A stretch of DNA of 53,610 nucleotides, filler included, from Jimgerdemannia flammicorona (lineage: Eukaryota): NCBI GenBank assembly GCA_003990765.1. It is 2 parts of 2 records of this genome, joined end to end, with 100 filler letters (N's around TTAATTAATTAA, not from the genome) between each part and the next. Parts side by side here need not be neighbours in the genome. Positions count along the whole stretch, not along the records: positions 1 to 26,759 come from RBNJ01000698.1; 1 more part is not named here. One strand, 5' to 3'. Below the pieces are notes generated by a model. That model saw only the letters and a program-made list of their open reading frames with translations, was not told the DNA's origin and searched no databases. Shown piece after piece: positions 13,458 through 24,200 of the stretch. Made by a program: the position numbers and the translations under genes. Position 1 is the stretch's first letter. Each line of letters begins with the position of its first letter.

Positions 13458-14669
13458 TTTTGAAAAGTGCGGTGCTGGAAGGGCTGTGTGAAAAATCGTT
13501 CCGAACAAGTCATGTAGCACATCAACTGACCTCCTCACTACCAAAAACGCTGGAATGACGATATCGTTGGCCCCAAAATATAAGTACTTAATATTTATAG
13601 AAAACTATAATTAATATCAATTTAAAAGATACATTATATATTATAATTATTATATTTTAAATTATATTCTTTTAACTAGTGCTTCCAGACGAATCAATCA
13701 ATGAAAATCCATATTCTTTAGTAAACTACATTTATCTAAAATTTAAATTAAATTAAATACTTAATTAAATTTAATTTATATTTTTAAAATAAATTGACTA
13801 CTTTTAATTTCAATCTGTATTATAGATGAATATACTAATAAAAATTATATGTAATACATATATTTATCTTAGTAAATATTTATTTATATTTATAATTTTA
13901 ATATATTAAATTTGATAATTATTTATTATATTTATAGTATTTATATTGAAGTTACTTAGTAAACTTTATTTTATATTTTTACTTATCTTATAATCTATAA
14001 TCTATATAAATTTATATATCATTAAGTTAATTATAAAAATATTAATTTTTTTTTTATTTTTTTTTTATTTTTTATATATAAATATATATAATTATATAAC
14101 TTTATAGTTATATAGATAAATTTGAATAATATTATTATTCAGAGATATATTAAAAATATAAACTTATATGTAAAATACTATTTATATACTCTAATATCTA
14201 TTTCTATATTTAGAGATTTATTTATATACTTAAAGATTTACTTATATATTTAAGAATCTCTAATCTAAGATATGATTTTACTCATAATTATAGTTATGAT
14301 AGTATTATAGTTAGTTAACTATTCTGTCAGTTATAATTTCAATTATTATCTCTATATATAGTATAATATACTAGCTTAATAAAGACAAATTACAAAGTTA
14401 GAGAGCTGTATAGTTTGGCTTAAGCTTCTAGTTACTTTGTCAAAAATAATAAAAAGTTTAATAGTTTTAGGTATAAGAAATAGATATAAGTTCTATTAGT
14501 ATAATGTAGATAATTTTGATAAGTTTCTAATTCAACAATCTGATATAATACAGATTTTTCAAAAATAGTAAATAATGTAGATAATGTAGATTCTTTTTAA
14601 ATTAGCAGACTTTTCAAAATAGTGGACTTCTCTTGAGTAAAGCTATATCAAAGACTGTTTCATTTATAT

Positions 14670-15145
14670 TGTAACATAGTAGACGCTTACTCTTGAAAAT
14701 ATGTTGGATTTCTGTATCTTGAAAACTTGACTGTTCTGACTCTCGCAGAGTCTCTTGAAGTTGCAGGGAAGGGTGGGTGAGTTCGAAGTGTATCTGCCTG
14801 CAGGCTTACTAGTTCCTTTGCTATCTCTTTGCTTTGAACTATTTCGATCTGAGGTTTATTCACTCGAAGATACTGGGTTATTTATACAAGTTTGCTAGCT
14901 ATGAGAGGGTGGCTAAGTAATAAATGAGTCATTTGGACTTTGTCGAAACATTTGAACAATGTCTAAATGCTATACTAAATCGGGGTATCTGATTTGGATA
15001 ATGTCTAAAATTTAGACAATGTCTAAGAATTTAGATAATGTCAAAATCGAGGACTGCTAACTATAAGGCTATACTACTTTGGGAATGGGTGCGATCAAGT
15101 GTCTATTCCCTATTTCCTTCTTCCTAATTCGGCTATACCATCACA
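14670..15145 (-). repeat. 3' LTR of copy A2
   Basis: TGTAAC...TCACA; first ~250 bp match the A1 LTR; TATAAATA at 14879-14886 and AATAAA at 14855-14860 on the minus strand; PPT AGGAGGAAG adjacent. Confidence 0.9.
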
Positions 15146-15182
15146 ACTTCCTCCTAAATGGATGGTCTCGTCTCTGAGGCAT

Positions 15183-15644
15183 CTATTCAAACTCCCAGGC
15201 TTCAACCGTCTGTATGGTCTTGTACTGTGTAATTTGCTATATGACTGTTTCCCAATGATGTCTTCTCACTTTCTCAAAGTCGGTAGGGATTACTCCTCTC
15301 AGGTGGTCTATCGCTGCTTCATCTTCTCGGAATAACTTGTGGATCCTTTTGGCAATAGTGATCTGTGAGTGGGAGAGTTGACACTCGGCAATCCAGTCCT
15401 TCTTGGTCTTTGATGGATCCTGATTGAGCATCTGTCCAAGCTTGAAGTACTCTTGGAACTCTGCATGATACTGATAGGCTCTAAAGTGTGAGATCCGAGA
15501 GAGATGCATCTGTACAATACTCTGAATATCCTCATAGTATGCCTCTATGGTCAGAGGCTCAGTGGTGTGCCATTGTCTTTCGATGGCTCTTTGGGCAGCA
15601 CTAGTGATCTTGAGTGCCATCGCAGTACTTTTATTACTGGCCAT
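15183..15644 (-). pseudogene. Family A accessory ORF (~153 aa, one premature TAG at 15237), unknown function
   Basis: ORF 15237-15644 reads on through one stop to EAWEFE*, the same end as in copy A1. Its ATG overlaps the last codons of pol. Confidence 0.75.
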
Positions 15645-18600
15645 GATATTTCTTGAGTCAGTTTCGGTGAATAGTGGTGGGGATTATTGTGTCTGAGGGT
15701 TTTCATAGCCAAAAGGTAGTCCCTTTTATATCTTGCACAAGGTGAGGTCCTTCCCACTTGGGCTCTAGTTTTCGTGACTATGAAGCTTCTACCATGTTCC
15801 GATACACCAGAACCTTGTCTCCTATCTTGATAATCTCCAAGAGCTTGTGGATCTTTTCTGTATTCCTCCGTTGTAGTGTCTGCACCTTGGTTATGTAATT
15901 CTCAGCTTTCTTCCTGATTTGGTATAGTCTCCGTATTTCCATGTCCACATGTTTCCATACGGCATCTCCATTAGATGATAGGGTTCCTTGAGAACATTCT
16001 TCTCCAAACAGCATTTCTCAAGGGATAAAGTGGGTGCTTTGTGATCAGATATCCCGGAGAGCAGATAATGCTATTGGCAGATAGTGATCCCAGTTCTCAT
16101 AGTTATCACAGATCTTGGTGATAACATTCTTCAGGGTTTTGTTGGTCCTTTCTACTTGTCCATTTCCTTGGGGGTGATAGGCTGTGGTCCAAATGTACTG
16201 GATCTTGTACTTCTTGTAGAGAACCTCAAAGAGCTGGTTCACGAATTCTGTTCCTCTGTCTGTAGTTACTTGTGTTGGGGTCTTGAACCGGCAGATGATT
16301 TCCTTGTGGAAGAAATCGGCAATTGACTGTGCATTTGCTTCCTTGAGAGGTCCTGCTTCTATCCACTTCGTAAAAAGGTCTACGATGACAATGATGTATC
16401 AGTTACCAGTCAGGGTCAAGGGTAGAGGGCCGATTACATCCATTGCTATATGGGCAAATAGTACTGGTTCTATGTGTGCTGATCCTGGGGCTTGATTCCA
16501 TTGGTCTTGTTTCTGTTTCTGGCATTTGTCACATGTCTTGACGAATTGTCTGATATCTTCCTCTATCCCTGGCCACTATATTGTTCTTCTTGCCTTGTCA
16601 TATGTATTCATTCCTCCTAGGTGGCCAAGTTCATATACTGATTTCATCGCTTGCTCCTTCTTGTGTTCTGGTATGACTAGTAGTTTTCCTTTCTTCAGTG
16701 TTTCTCCATCAGTTTCGAATTGTTTCCATGTCCTGTTGATAATCGTTTATATCCATTCTTCCAGATGTTGGGGCATTTTTCGCTGTCCCAGGTATATGAT
16801 GATTCCATAGTAGAGCTTCTTATTCATGATTGATTTGTTGGTTGAAGGTAGTTCGAGGTGTCCGTGAGAGAGCATCTGCATTGGAATTTGTTCTTCCGGG
16901 GTGGTGCATGATGGTTATATCATAGGCTTATAACTTCATTATCCATCTGGCATAGATTCCCTTGGGTTGTCCAGTTGTCAGTAGCCAGGTGAGAGCTGAG
17001 TGGTCCATCTGGATGGTGAAGTATCTTCCGGCCAGATAGTAGTGGAACTTTTCCACAGCCCAGATGACTGCAAGGCATTCCAACTTGTAGGACTCATATT
17101 CTTTTTCAGCCCCTCAGGTTCCATGGCTAAGATATGCAATGACATACTCTTTTTTGTCTTCTTTTTAAGCCAGGACTGCTCCTAGTCCCTGTGCACTTGC
17201 ATCTGTCTGAAGGATAAATTCTTGGGTCCAATTGGGTCATCTGAGGATAGGTGCCTGAGTTAGTCTGACCTTGAGTTCGTCAAATGCTTTTTGTTGTCTG
17301 CCAGTCTACTGAAACTTGGTATCCTTTTTGTTGAGTTCGTAGATTGGGCCTGCGATATTGGAGAATCCTCTAATAAATCTGCAATAGTAGGAGACAAGTC
17401 CCATGAAGGCTTGGGCTTCTGTGATGGTAGTCGGCCTTGGGTATGCTGCTACCGCTTGTATTTTGAGAGGGTCTGTGTGTGTTCCATCTTGATTGATGAT
17501 ATGGCCAAGATAGGAGATCTCGATTTCTGCAAACTTGTACTTCTTAAGTTTGATATAAAGGCCATGTTGTCTTAGTCTCTCCATTATCTGTTCCTCGGCT
17601 GTCTTACTGTAGATGATTACATCATCGACATAGACCATCATCCATCTTCCCATGTCATAGCGGAAGATTTTGTTCATCATTCGCTGAAAGCTTGCTGGTG
17701 CATTGCACATTCCGAATGGTATTCGTAGGTAGATGTAGGTTCTGTCTGGGGTGATGAAGGCTGACTTTTCACTTGCCACTTCTGTGAGTCCGATTTGGTG
17801 GAATCCTGAGTATAAGTCCAAGGTGCTGTAGTACTGTGCTTCGTCTCCCAGTGTTATAAGAATGTCACTGATGAGCGGCAGTGATTGGCAATCCTTCTTG
17901 GTGACTGTATTGAGCTTTCTGTAGTCGACACAGAGCCTTGGGGCAAATTCTCCAGATTTGCTTCCTTTTTTTGGGGCTAGTACAACTGGTGAAGACCAGG
18001 GGCTGCTAGTTTCTTTGATGATACCAGCTTCTTCCATCTGCTTGATTTCTTCTCTGAGCCATTCTCGGTAGGCTGGCGGGATGGGTCTTGCCTTCTGATA
18101 AATTGGTTCAGTGTCTCCGGTATCTACCTCGTGATAGTAGTGTGGGGTCTTTCCTTTGATATCCTTGAAATCCGTGGCAAGGACATCCTCGAATTTGTGG
18201 AGTATTTTCTTGAGTTCCTCCTTGAGTGAGAATTTGTCTCCAATGATGTAACTGTGCTTGCTCATGTTTTCCTCCTTCTTATACTTAAGTTCAGTGATCT
18301 TGGTGCTGGCAAATACTCCTCTTCCTGTGGATCTGAATCCTTTCTTTCCCCTTTTCATTTCCTCCAGATTCTTGACTTCTATGATCCTTGGCTGTATGAT
18401 TGAGAAGATCAACATCTGTGCCAATCAGTTCTTCTTCTTGACTGGGAATGAAATTGTAGAATTGTGATTCCTAGCAATGAGTAGAATTTCTCCAGTATAG
18501 TCTGAATCAATGACTCCTCCTTCGATTGTGATTTTGCTTCTAGCCAGGCTGCTTCTTGTCTTGAGAATCCCGACATAATCCTTTGGGATGGTCATCTCTA

Positions 18601-19107
18601 GTCCAGTTGCAAGTAGGGTAGTTGTCTGGGGTTCGAGTACAGTTTCTTCTACTGTAGCGATGTCCATTCTGGCTGCGTTTTCTGACTTGTATTCTGGCAA
18701 GACTGCATTACGGTAGATCTTTCGAATCTTGACCTTGATTTCTTCATCATCACTGTCCTCCAGGAGGGCTGGTGGTTCATCATCTTCCTCCTTCTCTTCT
18801 TCTCTGATCCGTTTTTCGAGAGCTTTCTGGCTTCTTTTCTGGTAGATCTTCCTAGTTCCGATGGTGCACTAGTAGCAATCATTGACATGTTCCATACAGT
18901 ACATCTTGATTCCATGAGGACAGACTCCTTGTAGGGCATAGCCTTCTGCAATCTTCTTGTACCATTCTTCTTCACTCATCCATCTGACTTTCTTTTTCTT
19001 TGGGGTAGTCACCATATAAGCTTCCTCTTGCTCACTCTCTTCTTCCTCCATATCGGGCAGGACTCCTTTGTTGACATTGATGGGAATTTATATCTTCTGT
19101 CCCTGGT

Positions 19108-21171
19108 TGTAAGCACACAACCTCCAAGCCACCGAAATTACATGTCACCCTCTGAACAAGCCACTGAAATCACATGCGACCTCTGAACAAACCTGGAAAT
19201 CACCTGCTTGATCACGAAGCTGAGTTAAACCGAAGTCACAGCGCACAAAGCTGAGTCAATATGAAGTCACGGAATACAAGATCTACACAAACGGAACCTT
19301 ACCAATCAGGACCAAATGCATATATACCAAGCACCGAGATACATCAAATCAGAAAACCAAAACAAATAACAACCACAACTTCCAAATACACAAACATGAC
19401 CACCGAGATCTACAACCATATCCGTACTGACATTTGGAATGCCATTGTCAACCGAGCCACACCCCCTCTACCCCTCATGAATATCCATAGCCTGGCACTC
19501 CTCTACTTCATGGAAGCCCGATGGAATGCCCTAAACATGCTTAGCGAGGCCTACCGAATCAGACAAATCTCAAGCTACTACCAGATTGGCCGCCTCCTGG
19601 AAGACATGGTCGAACACCACCATGATACAGACATTACCCAGATGTCTCAACACCAGAAGCTCATCGCCCGCAAACATCGAGAACTCTTCTATGAGTACAA
19701 CACCTTTATTCCCCGCCTCCAAGTTACTACCAGTGAAATGGTTGCTACCCTGTCCTATGGCCAAATCGATGACATGATACAAGAAATCAACCACAAGTAC
19801 CTCGAATATGTCCAGACCACAGACAGAACCTTCCCGCACCCTGATGACCACATCCTGCAAATGCCTCAAGTTGGATATGCCATGAAGGATGTCTATGATA
19901 TAATCCACTTCGATGAAGACAAAGCAGAAGACAATGATCCCTCTGACACCAACATGACCTCTAGCCAAGGATCTCTGCCAACCCTGATCACTCCGCCAAC
20001 CTTGCCGATAAACTTACAACAGTTCATAACTGCATATGAGACTTATTGGGACAATGACCACTGGCACGAATACCAACCCGTGTTCACCCCCAATTACTTC
20101 AATTACAATGAAGAGACCAGAGAATACAACCTGTACCTTCAGACAACCCTCGAGATCGAACCAACCACTCCACTACCCAAGTACAAGTGACACGAACCAC
20201 AGCCACCAGCATACTATAACCCTGCAACTCATAGTGCCGTAATCTATAAAAGGTACACAGATAGTGAATCTGATGAAAGCGAAGACAATACACCCATCCT
20301 TCGCCCACCAACATCTTATCCAGCATACGAAACAGATGATGCTATCCTGTAGGATGGAGATGAAGTTCCAATGTATTACTACCTCAGCGAACAAGGAGAA
20401 GTAATCCACGAACCACTCCTTCTAGACGACTACTTCATCAGAGATGATGCAATCAATGGTGATATCATCGAAGACTACCCAGACAGTGTCTAAACCTATA
20501 AATAGTCTAGCAGTCATAGTATAGATAGATTAGCCTTATATGATGTGACTGTGAACTGACTCAGCAGTCAGATGATCCCTTGACATGTCAGATCACACTT
20601 ATACTACATGACTGCATTCCGACTCAGTAAGGCACTTAGTGCTACATCCATATTTAGCATAGTCCAGATAGCCCCTCACTAGTATAAATACCCCCTCCCC
20701 CAGACCTCAGAATCTCAGACTTGAACAATCTGAACACAACTTCTGAGTACTTCCCCACAATATCCCTTTACACAAATACTCCTAGTATAGCAATATCATG
20801 AATAGCAAATAAACCTATTCCATAACCCACAAACCACTCTTAAGTAAATCTGCTCCCTGTTAGGTCCTACTCCTAACCCTGTCACGAAATTTCCTAATTG
20901 GGTATTGTCTGCAGCAATACGCCAATTCAACTAAGCTGGTCTTAGTTTCTTGAACTTCCTGAAATACGGAAAATCCTGAACATCCAGAACTAGTCCAGAA
21001 AAGGACTTTGATTGAGACGTCAACCCGATCTTGAAATCAATAAGCATAGAGGACGTACTCCATACAAAATTGATCTTGACTATAAGAAAACGGTCTTCCA
21101 GAACATCCAGAATATCCAGAAAACCTTTCCAGAACTACGTAATGGTTACCCTAAAAAGTAATCCTCTTACA
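19108..21171 (+). repeat. Putative 2064-bp 5' LTR of element B
   Basis: Terminal inverted TGTAAG...CTTACA; PBS 3 nt downstream; TATAAATA at 20683-20690; AATAAA at 20808-20813. The second LTR is not in the window. Confidence 0.7.
19396..20493 (+). pseudogene. LTR-encoded accessory ORF of element B (~365 aa if two stops are read through)
   Basis: ORF 19261-20190 (ATG 19396). The frame continues through TGA 20188 and one TAG to TAA 20491-20493. N-terminal part resembles the family A accessory ORF. Confidence 0.7.
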
Positions 21172-21174
21172 ACT

Positions 21175-21186
21175 TGGTAGCAGCGG
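21175..21186 (+). promoter_or_regulatory. Primer-binding site, initiator tRNA-Met type
   Basis: TGGTAGCAGCGG directly after LTR-terminal CA; complementary to the AGCAG-type iMet acceptor stem plus ACCA. Confidence 0.75.
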
Positions 21187-21211
21187 TTTACAATCCAATT
21201 CCACTTCAAGA

Positions 21212-24200
21212 TGCTTCCTTACCCCGCTACAAACCCCTCTGCGAATTCCTACAAGTTGGTATAAAGCCCAACCTCTGAACTGGAATTTATCTGAACCATC
21301 TGACAATCTGGAGAGAATTGAACCTGACATACAAGGACAATTTGACCTCCACACCTACAACAAGTGGGACAAACTTCATTCTAAGAAAGAAGTACTCCGG
21401 TTAAACTAGCAAATAGGCAAAACCCTATTCACCGAACTCCTTGCACTACACCCAGCAAGTCAAGATGAAGAAGGTCTTATTGAAGCCTTCTTTACTCTTC
21501 TCAACAAGAGTTTTGTCAGCTCTACAAATCTGAGCGACCTAGGATAACCAGTAGCAGTCTTTCTAGCCTTAGTTCCTCACGAAGCCCAAGCCTCTGTAGC
21601 CAAGTGGCTCAACTCTACCGACTTTCACCATACCAGGACCAAGACCACCTTATACTACCGATTCCAGAACAGCAAGGCCTGCCATATCCTTAAAGAAGAA
21701 GCAAGAGAAACCCTTCATCAACTCTCTGACCCCAAACCTGAAGCAGGCCCTGCTACAGCCCTACCTGAATCTGAAACCAATACTGAACCTGAACTTGACT
21801 TTGAATTAAGTCCATCTGAAATCAGATATACAACTGACTCTGTCTACTTTGACACCGAGCAAACCCAATTACATGGGGACCAAACTGAAGAAGAGGAGGA
21901 GTATCTCACCGAATTTGATCCTGGATACACCACTGAAGGAGACACATGCTCATCAGGACAGAATACACCTATACAGCAACAAACAGCTATCTATTAAGCC
22001 CTCACTCCAGATCCACAACTACTACTCCAGTAACTTACACAGACCCAAAGAACCCCATCACACTCTGCACCAGTACCTCAAGTAGTACCAGTAACACTAC
22101 TACCAGCAGTCCAACCACCTCCAGCAATCAACATGGCGAACCAACAGATTCTGGATCTCACAGCCCAAGTAGCTATAATGGTAGCAACTATCACTACCTT
22201 AGCTGAACAGACCTGACCTACCAAAAATCTGAGCCTACCTACCTTCAATGGTACTGCACAAGAAGTCCAAAGCTTCATTAATATAGTTGACACCAACTTC
22301 GAAGCCAATCAATGGACTAATGAGTGAGTTGCTGACTACGTTCTGACAAACAATCAAGACCACACCCTGGAACAACTCTTTGCTACAACTACAGCCTATG
22401 TCCGCCGAGTTGTTACATTCTTCCGAGGACCTGCCGAAGAATAGTGGCGAACCCTTCCTGAAAAACCCCTCACATGGGATACCTGACCTACAGTAGTTGC
22501 TCAGAATGCAGCAAACAATGCCCCAGGATATGGAGTCCATCCTGCAGCCCCTGGACTCAAACAACTCATGATTGCTCAATATCGCAGCGAGACCATGATT
22601 GCCGAATCTCGAGTAAAACTCTGCAACCTCAAATTTGATGTATATGGCAAAGAAGAATTTGAAACCTTCTGTACAAAACTCGAGTCACTCCTGAACACTG
22701 TTGGCCTAGGATACATTGCCAATGACGAAGCATGAAATGGTACAAGAGCAGACTATTTATTCGATGCCCTGCCTGAATGGCTTACTAGAAAAATCCGAGA
22801 ACAAGGCTGCCCAGTTGGTTGCGATCACCAACAATGATGCCTGGCAAGAATCAAGACTATGGTCAAGCGAATTCTAACAGCTGGACCAATTCTGCCCCGA
22901 AGACAATTTAACAACAAGAAAAGAACTTGGACCAAGAAAGAAGAACCCAAGCATGAAGCATCTCAAGCTCCCTCCACATCCACCTCTTGGACACCCAGAA
23001 ATCATGAACCCACCCAGCCAAGTACCTTCAAGAAACTCACTGAAGGCGAAAGGAATGAACTTCAAAGAAGCGGAGCATGCTTCTATTGCCAAAAGACAGG
23101 ACATATGGCCAGTGCCTGCCCAAACTGAAAACCTCGAACAGCAACACGAGCAACTGTTACAACTCTGCACCACCTCAACAACCTGACCACCAAAATACTG
23201 GACTTTGTCAAGTTAAGACAAACTGCTAAGGCCCCAACCAAAGGAAGTCAAAAAGCAGCTGGATATGACCTGTATGCAGCCAAAGAAGCTACAGTTTCCA
23301 ACCGAGAAGTCAAACAAGTCTATACAGGAATCAGTATCCAAATCCCTGAAGAACATGTTGGAAGAATATGCTGTCACAGCAGCCTAGCACTGAAAGGACT
23401 CTCAGTAGAAGGAGGAGTCATTAACGAGGATTACACAGGCGAAATCATTATCCTCATTCGAAACCACAGTTGGACACCCTTCAAGATCCCTATTGGCTTC
23501 TGTATTGCCCAGATCCTATTCGAAAAGATCGAGTCAACCCTGACAGTCAAGGAAGTCCCTGAACTACTGCCCACCATCCGAGGATCCAAAGGATTTGGCT
23601 CATCAAACAAGGCCACAGTCCAACCTACCATGAGCAAAGAAGAACAATTCTACAAGAAGATCGAAGATGGATATGTACTAAGTGGCCGATGCCCTCATGG
23701 TATTGGAATGTACTCTTCCCGAATGATCGATGACTGCTTCTCTTGTATCAACAAACTGGCTCAAAGAAGAACCAACAGAAGGAAAGCTCCTATAACTGAA
23801 ATCACCAGTATTGGATCAGACAAACTGCTCACCCTTAAGGCTTTTGTCAATGGAGCACCTGTCAAGATTATGATAGACAGTGGTGCCTCAGGCAACTTCA
23901 TCAATGAAGAGACAGCCAACAGACTCAAGGTCTTCACCTCTCCAGTACAGCAAACTCAAGCAGTTGCTACAGCTGATGGAACCTCACATATTATTAGCAA
24001 GAAGTCCGCAATCTACCCTTCCAAATTGGCGACTACCGAGTACATGTTACCCTCCAAATCGTACCACTTCCTGACAATGAAATCATCCTTGGAACCCCAT
24101 GGTTAAAACAAGAGAACCCCATGATTGATTGTGTAAACCATTCTCTGACCATCAAGAAAGGATGCCATAACTTCAAACTACAAGGCGAAAAGGACCCACT

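Larger units (their letters stand above)
14670..19107 (-). mobile_element. Family A Ty3/Gypsy copy A2 (3' LTR, accessory ORF, IN, RNaseH, RT, dUTPase), cut at 19107 by insertion of element B
   Basis: Colinear with 1772-6147; preceded by ATAT; retains many CpGs that A1 has lost; RT YVDD; dUTPase 18320-18720; GPY/F-like KWEGPH at the integrase end. Confidence 0.93.

Noticed and set aside
15183..15644. env gene call for the post-integrase ORF
   Set aside because: Too short, and no signal peptide, transmembrane segment or cleavage/fusion motif.
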